From positions 1,366,001-1,430,000 of the forward strand of contig NC_087252.1 in NCBI RefSeq assembly GCF_037042905.1: DNA of 64,000 nucleotides. Reading direction: 5' to 3'. The translations under genes and the position numbers were made by a program. This document shows, in pieces, positions 53,601 to 64,000 of this stretch; position 1 is the first letter of the stretch; each line of letters opens with the position of its first letter. Under the pieces are notes generated by a model, which did not search any database, had not been told where the DNA came from, and saw only the letters and a list, made by a program, of their open reading frames with translations. This stretch comes from Lytechinus pictus (Eukaryota).

Positions 53601-56161
53601 AAGATCACATTCATACGTTCTCTCAATCACTCACCTTCGTATTGCCTCTTCATCTCATTCTTATTCACTACCTCACCCATCTAAAGATCACATTCATTCG
53701 TTCTCTCAATCACTCACCTTCGTATTGCCTCTTCATCTCATTCTTATTCACTCCATCACCCATCTAAAGATCACATTCATTCGTTCTCTCAATCACGTAC
53801 CTTCGTATTGCCTCTTCATCTCATTCTCATTCACTCCATCACTCATCTAAAGATCACATTCATTCGTTCTCTCAATCACCTACCTTCGTATTGCCTCTTC
53901 ATCTCATTCTTATTCACTCCATCACCTATCTAAAGATTACATTCATTCGTTCTCTCAATCACTCACCTTCGTATTGCCTCTTCATCTCGTTCTTATTCAC
54001 TCCATCACCCATCTAAAGATCACATTCATTCGTTCTCTCAATCACTCACCTTCGTATTGCCTCTTCATCAGGCTCTCCATCACTCATCTAAAGATCACAT
54101 TCATTCGTTCTCTCAATCACTCACCTTCGTATTGCCTCTTCATCAGGCTCTCCATCACTCATCTAAAGATCACATTCATTCGTTCTCTCAATCACTCACC
54201 TTCGTATTGCCTCTTCATCAGGCTCTCCATCACTCATCTAAAGATCACATTCATTCGTTCTCTCAATCACTCACCTTCGTATTGCCTCTTCATCAGGCTC
54301 TCCATCACTCATCTAAAGATCACATTCATTCGTTCTCTCAATCACGTACCTTCGTATTGCCTCTTCATCAGGCTCTCCATCACTCATCTAAAGATCACAT
54401 TCATTCGTTCTCTCAATCACTCACCTTCGTATTGCCTCTTCATCAGGCTCTCCATCACTCATCTAAAGATCACATTCATTCGTTCTCTCAATCACTCACC
54501 TTCGTATTGCCTCTTCATCAGGCTCTCCATCACCCATCTAAAGATCACATTCATTCGTTCTCTCAATCACCTACCTTCGTATGGCCTCTTCATCAGGCAC
54601 TCCATCACCCATCTAAAGATCACATTCATTCATTCGTACCTTCGTATTGCCTCTTCATCAGGCTCTCCATCACTCATCTAAAGATCACATTCATTCGTTC
54701 TCTCAATCACCTACCTTTGTATTGCCTCTTCATCAGGCACTCCATCACCCATCTAAAGATCACATTCATTCATTCGTACCTTCGTATTGCCTCTTCATCA
54801 GGCTCTCCATCACCCATCTAAAGATCACATTCATTCGTTCTCTCAATCACTCACCTTCGTATTGCCTCTTCATCAGGCTCTCCATCACTCATCTAAAGAT
54901 CACATTCATTCGTTCTCTCAATCACTCACCTTCGTATTGCCTCTTCATCAGGCTCTCCATCACTCATCTAAAGATCACATTCATTCGTTCTCTCAATCAC
55001 GTACCTTCGTATTGCCTCTTCATCAGGCTCTCCATCACTCATCTAAAGATCACATTCATTCGTTCTCTCAATCACGTACCTTCGTATTGCCTCTTCATCA
55101 GGCTCTCCATCACTCATCTAAAGATCACATTCATTCATTCTCTCAATCACGTACCTTCGTATTGCCTCTTCATCAGGCTCTCCATCACTCATCTAAAGAT
55201 CACATTCATTCGTTCTCTCAATCACCTACCTTCGTATTGCCTCTTCATCAGGCTCTCCATCACTCATCTAAAGATCACATTCATTCGTTCTCTCAATCAC
55301 CTACCTTCGTATTGCCTCTTCATCAGGCTCTCCATCACCCATCTAAAGATCACATTCATTCGTTCTCTCAATCACTCACCTTCGTATTGCCTCTTCATCA
55401 GGCTCTCCATCACCCATCTAAAGATCACATTCATTCGTTCTCTCAATCACTCACCTTCGTATTGCCTCTTCATCAGGCTCTCCATCACTCATCTAAAGAT
55501 CACATTCATTCGTTCTCTCAATCACTCACCTTCGTATTGCCTCTTCATCAGGCTCTCCATCACCCATCTAAAGATCACATTCATTCGTTCTCTCAATCAC
55601 TCACCTTCGTATTGCCTCTTCATCAGGCTCTCCATCACCCATCTAAAGATCACATTCATTCGTTCTCTCAATCACTCACCTTCGTATTGCCTCTTCATCA
55701 GGCTCTCCATCACTCATCTAAAGATCACATTCATTCGTTCTCTCAATCACTCACCTTCGTATTGCCTCTTCATCAGGCTCTCCATCACCCATCTAAAGAT
55801 CACATTCATTCGTTCTCTCAATCACTCACCTTCGTATTGCCTCTTCATCAGGCTCTCCATCACTCATCTAAAGATCACATTCATTCGTTCTCTCAATCAC
55901 TCACCTTCGTATTGCCTCTTCATCAGGCTCTCCATCACCCATCTAAAGATCACATTCATTCGTTCTCTCAATCACTCACCTTCGTATTGCCTCTTCATCA
56001 GGCTCTCCATCACTCATCTAAAGATCACATTCATTCGTTCTCTCAATCACTCACCTTCGTATTGCCTCTTCATCAGGCTCTCCATCACTCATCTAAAGAT
56101 CACATTCATTCGTTCTGTCAATCACTCACCTTCGTATTGCCTCTTCATCAGGCTCTCCATC
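47668..56161 (-). repeat. ~8.5-kb intronic satellite of ~83-bp units (~47668-54060) and 75-bp units (~54060-56161), about 105 copies, derived from a SIK3 exon-intron junction
   Basis: Periods of 83 (e.g. ORFs at 48189/48272) and 75 read directly; the unit contains the exon end GATGAAGAGGCAATACGAAG and donor GTGAGT. Copy number estimated as length/period. Confidence 0.97.
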
Positions 56162-56227
56162 TGAGTTTTCATCTTCCTCTGGCATGGTTGTATCTGATAA
56201 TCTCTGTTGTAATGTCTCCGTACCAAG
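56130..56227 (-). CDS. SIK3: SIK3-like kinase exon (LGTETLQQRLSDTTMPEEDENSDGEPDEEAIR-R); its 3' end is the source of the adjacent satellite
   Basis: Acceptor ttttccatatAG, donor GAAG|gtgagt; 98 nt, phase 0-2, the phase needed to join 57286 (phase 0) to 47405 (phase 2); gives the SIK3-like SDGEPDxEAxxRYL motif. Not in the ORF track. Confidence 0.9.
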
Positions 56228-56967
56228 CTATATGGAAAACCATATCAAACAATACTGGTTCAAGGAGATTCTACAACAATTCAACCAGCATTTTTTGGCA
56301 CATATTTTTTACTTACACATGCTTTGGTGGTTACTTTGTTGGATTCTGGGCTCCGTCTTACAAAGAGTTGAGTTTGATCCAATCATTTGCAACTATGGAA
56401 AGCCAGCAAAGTCAACATATAAAATGCATGTTTGTTCAAAAAAAATTCTAGATATGAAATGTATATCCATGAATTCATTGATTTCTTGACAATTTGGGGT
56501 GATCTCCTTTGTTTACAAAGGATATTTTGAAAATTTCCTGAAGAAAAAAATTATGTCTCTGATGGATTTCCATAGAGTTACGATTGATCCAATAAATCAC
56601 AACTATGGACGGCCAGCAACATGTCAACATCTAAAATGCAAATTTGTTCAAAATATTTTAGTATATATTCATACGTTCATCATTCTTTTTTCCTGGAGAA
56701 AAAATTATGGCATAGATGAATTTCAATACAGTTGAGGTAGATCGGATCAATCGTAACTCTTTGTAAGACAGAGCCCTGTTCTCACTCATTGTTAAATCAT
56801 TACGCAGGAAATAATGGTGCTTGCCTCATTTGAGTAGCATTTTTTTATCATAAGATAAAAGCTATCAACTAAATTTTATACAGCCCTGTGTGAAATCCTG
56901 CTACACAACTGACTTTTTCCATTGAAGTCTTTAAAAAATATACTATTCCCTGTTACCACAACTGGCA

Positions 56968-57280
56968 TTGGAGCACTGTGGCCCAGTGGATTTAGCTTCT
57001 GACTTTGAAACAGGAGGGTCGTGGATTCCAATCCCGTGGTGTAGTTTCCTTGATCAACATTGTGCTGCACTCAACCCCGGTGAGGAAAATGGGTATATGG
57101 CAGGAATTTATTCCTTGAAAAATTAAAAACTTCAGAGCAGTAAAAGGCTTCGCGGCTAGAACCAGGGTCTTAATATCCAAGTCGTCTGGAAGCGCATAGG
57201 GCCGCTATTTACTAATGTGATATCCGCTATACGAGAGCTACATTATTATTGTTGTTGTTGTTGTTGTTATTATTATTGTG
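56968..57280 (+). mobile_element. Degenerate tRNA-derived SINE ending in a (TTG/TTA)n tail
   Basis: tggcccagtgg A-box, degenerate B-box, cactcaacccgg…aaatgggta core, simple-repeat tail next to a SIK3 donor. Confidence 0.6.
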
Positions 57281-57285
57281 CATAC

Positions 57286-57459
57286 CTGTCCAGTAGCATC
57301 AATGTCCCCTGGTTGACTGGTTCTGACCGCAGTCTGAAGCTGTTTCCTGAACTGTTGGATATTCAGATACATGTTAGCGCCCCCATCGGATGCCCTACGA
57401 CCAAAGTTAGATTGCCCAGCAGTGGCTTCTAGGGCTGGCGGCTTCAACAGGTGCTGCTC
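57286..57459 (-). CDS. SIK3: SIK3-like kinase exon (EQHLLKPP…GRRASDGGAN PKA site)
   Basis: Acceptor ccccgtAG, donor CAG|gtatgc; 174 nt; GRRASDGGAN motif of SIK3. Confidence 0.93.
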
Positions 57460-57713
57460 CTACGGGGTGGAAGGAAGCAAAAGGGTAGACACTTGAAGCC
57501 TATCTTTAAGTTTGAAAAATCCCCTAAAATCTATGTCACTATTCCATATCTTTACTTGATTACATGAATTTGAGTGTCCAAAAGCAAATGTAATGGAAGT
57601 AAACTAAAAATGTGCTTTATTGGATAAATCTTAAAGGGCATAAGACCCTGTACATGTAACAGCCCCACCTCAATTCCTCAACTTCTCATATCTGGAAAGG
57701 TTCATCACCCGCA

Positions 57714-58103
57714 ATGCAATGTTCTTATCAGTGCAGTTTCATAATACAGGCCCACTTGAATGATAACACACTATTTCACTATATACAATACATTCATATT
57801 GCAATAACTATGTTACCAAGTAGCAAAGAGGGTAGTTCTCCTCTCTAAACAGCCAAGTTTCTCTGGAAAAACAACATTATAGGCTATTCTCATTAATTCT
57901 CTTTATTATGCAATGTTCTTATCAGTGCAGTTTCATAATACAGGCCCACTTGAATGATAACACACTATTTCACTATATACAATACATTCATATTGCAATA
58001 ACTATGTTACCAAGTAGCAAAGAGGGTAGTTCTCCTCTCTAAACAGCCAAGTTTCTCTGGAAAAACAACATTATAGGTTATTCTCATTAATTCTCTTTAT
58101 TAT
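57714..58103. repeat. Near-perfect tandem duplication of 194 bp in a SIK3 intron
   Basis: atgcaatgttcttatcagtgcag at 57714 and 57908. Confidence 0.92.
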
Positions 58104-58138
58104 GAAAAAAATCTGAAAAGTGACACCCTGCTTCTTAC

Positions 58139-58462
58139 CTTATAATTGAGCTGTTGTTCTGCTTGGTTGGGTATAGCATTCAACAGAGGCAAGTTCTGTG
58201 GCAAGTTCATATTGAACGCAGCACCTGCCCCACCGAAGGGCAGTCCCATCAGGCCAGCCAGGGGGGCATCGCCCTCCCCACCAAGGCCCAGACCGGCCAG
58301 CTGTGGAGGGGGTGGGAGCTTGGCCCGTAAGGCTGCAGGGAGCTTATGGCCGGAGGGGTCACCAGGGATGACGGTGTTCCTGCGGATCTGGAGGTAGCGG
58401 GCCAGAGCCTCTGGGCTTGGCTCCTCTGGGTCACTATCCATCTCCTCTAGTTGGTCATTAGA
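58139..58462 (-). CDS. SIK3: SIK3-like kinase exon (EEPSPEALARYLQIRRNT PKA/14-3-3 site … LNYK)
   Basis: Acceptor catttcAG, donor AAG|gtaaga; 324 nt; EEPSPEAL-RYL--RR-T is SIK3-specific. Confidence 0.92.
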
Positions 58463-59188
58463 CTGAAATGAATGAAGAGGGTGATGACAATCTTTTGCTT
58501 TATTTTCTTGTTTTTTATGCAATCAAATTACTTTAAAGTATAATTCATTCTTCATTATCTATTTCCTACGAGTTTGTATAATTTTGTGGTAGCTGTCTAG
58601 ATAAACCCTCTAGGGTTAGACAGCAACTTATTACCATTTTTAATCACATAATCTTATCTATATCATTGTAATTTATTATCATGTTCATACCTGTCGATGT
58701 CACTTTTTTTATATTGAATAGAACAAAATCTAATCGGACTGAACAATCAATATTTCAAAATGCGTTAAATATATGCATTATAAATTATTAACTAGCTATT
58801 TTGTTGTTGTTGAAAACTTGCATAATTGATGAAAAAGATCTATCAGCTGGCAAATTTTCAAATTCAATGGAACTTAGCCTCTAAGATCAATAGGGGGTCT
58901 GACCCCACCTCTCCAAGTATTTTCATAAAACAAAATAGCCCAGTATACATGTAGCAAGGATAAATGGAAATTTGCCATCAATTCAAACTTTACACCAAAC
59001 AATGTCCAGGAATTTAGAAGCTTTTAACAGTGGTGAATTCTCGGCCCCATAACACAGAGCTTAGCATAGATCTTAGGTTTGATTTTAACACTTGATTACA
59101 TTGATCACTATGTATAATCAATCATAAAAATCAACTTTACGATCGATCACTAATCTTTGTTCTACCGGCCTCTGGATAAGAAACCAAC

Positions 59189-59434
59189 CTGAATAACTTG
59201 GTTATCTTCATTGGTCACATTAACTTGAGGGATCATCTGATCACCAAGCATCAGGTTGCGTTGAGCGGCGGCGCCCTCCCCAATCGCCAAGGCATACAGG
59301 GCAGCTGCTGATTGGCTCTCCTCCGTGGCCTCGCCCATGACACGCCCAGGCGACGCCCTCAGGTGACGACGATGCTTGTCAAGCAGGAGGTTGTAGATTG
59401 CACTGTGCTCATCAAAACTTTGGTTTGTTATAGA
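59189..59434 (-). CDS. SIK3: SIK3-like kinase exon: UBA end (SFDEHSAIYNLLLDK) and linker
   Basis: Acceptor cattcAG, donor CAG|gttggt; 246 nt, phase 0-0; AIYxLL motif. Confidence 0.9.
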
Positions 59435-60303
59435 CTGAATGGAACCAAGAAAATGAAACAATCATGATTTATTCAAAGGATAGAAGCAACATCCAAGAGG
59501 GTGTTGGAAAATATTTGCAAGTTGTAAATCAATTATAAATAAAGCAAATGAATTCATATCTGTGGATGCAAGAAACAGACCGGCGACCAAATGCAAATTT
59601 GCATTAAATTTCAAGACCTATGATTGGTTTGGGGACCCAAAATAGACTTTCAATTGATTGCAAGTTTCTTGCAATATCCCATGAGAATGACATGTATTAT
59701 GGAAGACCCAATATTTGCTCCTGCACCAATTGCTTCTGGCTTTATTTCGTCTAAGATGTAGGGATAGTGTTAGGGTTGCAATAGGGTTATGAGATAGGGT
59801 TAGGGTAGGGTATAGAGTTCAACCCAGGGTTGAAGTTAGTCATTTGTTTAGTGTGTGGCATTTAAAGCGGAGCAATTGTCGCCAGAGCAAATGTCATGGA
59901 ACCACGATGGGTTTCTATTACTTTTGGGAAATTGCCGATTGGTCTCCGACCACTTTGTCTACTGCCCGTTAGATCTCATCCCAGATGGTCAAATCACATT
60001 CTATACTACCAGTTCATCTTATAACCGTTTGGCCTCAATGCCGCCTACATGTACTTTATTAACCATTTCATTTAATTCCATTTCGTTGAGTATCCACTGG
60101 GTATAAGAATTGGAATGGGTAGATGTTGATGAACCAAATTTTCACTCACGCCACAATATAAAGGACGCAACTTGTGCATGTGCGTATTATGAAACACACA
60201 AATTTGACAGAATGTTCCTCCTCATGTACCATAGAAATCTGGTGACTTGGGTACTTATGTTGAATTGTATTTCAATCGTACCAACAACAAATCAATATAC
60301 ATC

Positions 60304-60830
60304 AGGGCCCCATCTTACAAAGAGTTACGATTGATCCAATCAATCTCAAGTATATGGAAATCCATCAATGTCTTAATTTTTTCCTTTGAAAACAAAGAGA
60401 AGCATACTGAATTGTCTTGAAAACAGTGAATGTATGAATAAACATCAATTCTAGAAAATATTTTGAACAAACATGTAAGTTTAGATGTTGACGTTGCTGG
60501 CTGTCCATAGTTACGATTGATCGGATCAATCGTAACTCTTTGTAAGACGGGGACCTGGGCCCCGTTGTACAAAGAGTTACGATTGATCCGATCAATCGTA
60601 ACTCTATGGAAATCCATCAGTGTCATAATTTTTTCTACAGGAAATTTGCAAAATGTCCTTTGTAATCAAAGGAGAACACCCCAAATTGTCAAGAAATCAA
60701 TGAATTTATGGATTTGCATTCATATCTAGAATTTCTTTTGAACAAACATGCATTTCATATGTTGACTTTGCTGGCTTTCCATAGTTGCGATTGATCGGAT
60801 CAATCGTAACTCTTTGTACAACGGGGCCCA
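60304..60830. mobile_element. Two abutting MITEs of the GGGCCCCG-TACAAAGAGTTACGATTGATCC family; third copy at ~56348-56777
   Basis: TIR gggccccgttgtacaaagagttacgattgatcc / ggatcaatcgtaactctttgtacaacggggccc; junction near 60556. Confidence 0.85.
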
Positions 60831-60842
60831 GATATTACAAAC

Positions 60843-61066
60843 CTGCATAATATCTTCCGTCTTCAGCCCCATTGAGACCATGTGTTGAAGGATCAGCTCG
60901 TTAACCGGTTCCTCCCGATCGCTTTCAACGTTGTGTTCAGCGAACATCTTATCAAAAACTGGGTCTGCTCCATCTGCCTTGGTCCATCGATGATTCAGGA
61001 CCTGGTCTGTCGTGTAACGTCGGCCTGGGTCCAGGATCAACATGTGTTTTATTAGATCTTCACAAC
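60843..61066 (-). CDS. SIK3: SIK3-like kinase exon: end of kinase domain (CEDLIKHMLILDPGRRY…HRW) and start of UBA
   Basis: Acceptor aactAG, donor CAG|gtttgt; 224 nt, phase 1-0; AMPK-related kinase subdomain XI. Confidence 0.9.
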
Positions 61067-61347
61067 CTAGTTAGGATATGAATTTTGGTTAAGGATTGTT
61101 AGCGAAATTTTCCTCTTTCTTGCCATCTAGTTTTCTTCCTTTACTTACTACTTGTTTAAATGGGAACTCAAATTGTGTGAAAATAGAAAAAAAAGGGGGA
61201 AACCCCGGTGTAGTGGTCCGTCCACCTGCACTCCCCCCTATCAGTTATATCGGTAGGAGAGACTTGCGGGTCATAGTGATTCAGTTCGCTTTTCGCCTCC
61301 CAGGCACAGGTGACGCCAAACAAATGATAATAAAAAAAAGATACAAT

Positions 61348-61582
61348 AATCATTATCATCATCATCATCATCATTACATTTACCACTACCATCATCATTG
61401 ATCAGCATCATTATCATCCTCCTGCTCCTCCTCCTCATCATTATCATTATCATCATCATTATCACATTCAACACTCCCATCATCATCATCATCAGCACTA
61501 TCATCATCACCACTACCATCACCATCTTCATCATTATCATTGTCGTCGTCATCATCATTATCATCGTAGCCACCATCATCAT
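61348..61582. repeat. (CAT)n-type microsatellite
   Basis: Degenerate CAT/CAC/TAT triplet run. Confidence 0.9.
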
Positions 61583-61852
61583 TCACTCTGACATCACTCC
61601 ATACCATCTCCTCCACCTACATACGTAAATGCATACAAATATAGAAATACATGTAATTGAAACTCCATATTGAGAGGATTCAACATTGAAACCCTTATAC
61701 CAATCAAGAGAAACCTTACAAAAATCAAATAACAAAGAGAATAAAGCAGAGCATTAATCTGTTTGCCTTCCTGCAACCAACGACAGGAGACAGTTTCCTA
61801 ATTATATTGCTCACATACTTTCCTTATGCATGTAGATATATAATTTTTTTTT

Positions 61853-62422
61853 CAAAGGTCAAGTCCACCCCAGCAAAATGTTGATTTGAATTAATAGTGA
61901 AAAATCAAGCAAGCATGATGCTGAAAATATATTTCACAAATCAGTTATATGCACAACTCAGTGACATGCAAATGAAAGAGTCAAAGATGTCTGCCACTCA
62001 CTATTTGTTTTGTTTTTTATTGCTTGAATTATACAATATTCAAATTTTTACACATATGACAATAAGAACCAATTTGACATATAAGTTAACATAAAATGTT
62101 AAAACAATGGTAATTCTACATGTTTATGCAGGAATAATACCTATTTATATTCACATGACATTGAGGAGAAAAAATAGAATATTTCATATATCATATAATA
62201 AAATACAAAAGAAATAGTGAGTGAGGTCATCAGTCTCCTTATTTGCCTACAGACCAGGATGTGCACATAACTGTTTCGCAAATTTAAGCGAAACTTAAAA
62301 ATGTCAAAACCTTCTTTAATATTTTGTATAAGATTTTGATGAAATTTTCAGTGTTATGCTTGTTGGATTTTCATTTTCTTTTTATTCAAATCCATTTTTT
62401 GTTGGAGTGTACTTGTCCATGA
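61853..62422. mobile_element. Kolobok-like MITE (aaaggtcaagtccacccc…ggagtgtacttgtcc)
   Basis: Imperfect long TIRs including ttgatttgaat / attcaaatc. Confidence 0.65.
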
Positions 62423-62514
62423 ACTAGTCTGTTGTCTTCCTGATTCAGATATTCAATTTATTTTCTGTCTATAGTCATAATGATGGCAATAAATTGCCTA
62501 TTGATCTACATTCC

Positions 62515-62856
62515 CAGGGGTGATATTCGTATCGCGAACCGCGAACGAACATTTGCACACACACATTCCAAGATGCTATACGCGCCCCCTAGAGCCCGGC
62601 CGGGGCGGCCCGGGTAGCGGGCATGCATGCAGCTAGCACAGGGGTACGGTCGGAATCACTGCGTTGCTGAAATTACCAATTATTAGTTAGAGCCACGCGG
62701 TGAAATATGTATGGTAGCGCCAAAAGTACCAAATCAAAAAAAAATCGGAAAAAAGCTTGGATTTTCAAAATTGGGCAAAAATGAAGGAAAAAATCGTATG
62801 CCATGCTGGAAAAGAAAATCAGAAATTTGATTTAAATCGGAGGAATATCACCCCTG
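62515..62856. mobile_element. MITE with CAGGGGTGATATTC TIR and GC-rich interior
   Basis: TIR caggggtgatattc / gaatatcacccctg; cattcc on both flanks. Confidence 0.8.
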
Positions 62857-64000
62857 CATTCCATTTGGTCTCATCTGCTTTGTCAACAACAAGTTAATTT
62901 CTTATTACCATTTTGCCCCCAGGGAGTGGAGAAAGTGCATACATTGTACGTGGGCATGCCAAGATCCGATGACCAGGGTAATAATATATCTGTAAAGCGC
63001 TTTAGAAACGATGTTACAATGTAAAGTGCTATATACATGTAAAAGCAGATTGTTATTATTATTGCTCTTATTACAATTTAGGCAATACCCATTTCATCTT
63101 ATACCCACTAGGTCTAATACCAATTTATCAGTATTGCTAGACGAAGTGTTTATGAACTAGTTCATTCTGGTTTTCATAAAAGCAGAAAGATAAGAAATAT
63201 AGAGATGAAAGTTTGATAAAAATTCATCTAAAGGAATAACAGAGTTATGATTGTTGTTTGAATTTGTGATGTCAAAGATGAGCAGCTAATCCATATGTTG
63301 TGTGATACAAACTCCACAAAATGCCATTTTCTCAAATAATTGATGATTATATGTGTGTGAGGGATAAATCATCAGACACGTCAAAACTTCATACCACCTT
63401 CTAGAAAAACAAATTTTCATTCATAATATTTCTTTGAAAAATTGGAGTTTAAGGAATTTATATTACCAGATTATATGGGTGAGTTGCTCGCATAGAACGT
63501 CACAAATTAGAAAATTTAAAAAGGCATAGCTCTCTTATTCTTTGACATATTTTAATCACACCTTAACCATTATTGTTCTCTTTTTTTCTGATTATCTTAA
63601 AACCTACTTGAGGTTGAATTCCCCTTTTAAACTAAGTTGTCCTTTGGGTGAACTTCCCCTTTCACACATATTATTACAGCTGTTAGGAAAGAGGTGTCGA
63701 GTATTCTTAATATTAAACAGGTTATCTCCACTTTATTTTTTGTTGTTTCTGTAAATACCATGGAGGAATGACTTTATTTTGTAGCAATAGATCTTAACAA
63801 CTTACAAAAAAGATCATATTACATTTCTGAAAGTGTTAGGACTACTCTGAAGGTCTTACTCAATGCAGACCTGTGTCACTGCAACAACTCCATAAATCGT
63901 CCCTTTCTAAAGCTTCAGTGCTATTATCTACTCACAGCAAATCAAACACCATGGATTAGGTTAACAGAAGTTGTGAAATTTTAGACCATGAACCAATTCA

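Noticed and set aside
54060..56160. CUGAUGA hammerhead box in each 75-bp unit (- strand)
   Set aside because: Followed by GAAG rather than GAAA with no pairing stem II; the bases are simply the Pro-Asp-Glu codons of the SIK3 exon.
47668..56161. Possible CRISPR array
   Set aside because: No unique spacers (whole units repeat), eukaryotic intron context, no cas genes.
53974..56451. Long + strand ORFs (235-554 aa) with a 25-aa repeat
   Set aside because: By-product of a 75-bp (3n) unit lacking stops on the strand antisense to SIK3; overlapping frames are equally open and start at non-ATG codons.
59760..59835. Interstitial telomere
   Set aside because: Degenerate TTAGGG-like units are internal to a small MITE also present at 34675-34862.
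61168..61628. ORFs of poly-M/I/D/H
   Set aside because: Translations of the (CAT)n microsatellite.
61067..64000. Upstream SIK3 kinase-domain exons
   Set aside because: No exon encoding the expected preceding FRIP-type motif was found; the region looks intronic and the gene continues beyond the window.

Overview
AT-rich, intron-rich animal genomic DNA. The repeat landscape suggests a marine invertebrate deuterostome such as a sea urchin (inference). Three protein-coding loci are present. (1) The 1.3-kb terminal coding exon of an unidentified + strand gene (20-1359). (2) A complete six-exon selenoprotein S gene on the - strand (23834->10154, 188 aa) with an in-frame UGA (…GGG-U-G-stop), a type II SECIS about 2.5 kb downstream, and no cysteine. 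(3) The last eight visible coding exons of a SIK3-like kinase on the - strand (61066->37811; 5' part outside the window), ending in a MARK-like KA1 domain. The most unusual feature is an ~8.5-kb satellite (47668-56161) amplified from a SIK3 exon/intron junction. It holds roughly 100 intact AAG|GT donor sites; the 75-bp units are frame-compatible mini-exon cassettes, and the array also contains a 2975-bp higher-order duplication. A 200-bp Penelope-like insertion carrying a minimal hammerhead ribozyme sits directly beside a SELENOS splice donor. The rest is MITEs, SINEs, a Helentron-like element and simple repeats. Coordinates were read by hand and no database searches were run.
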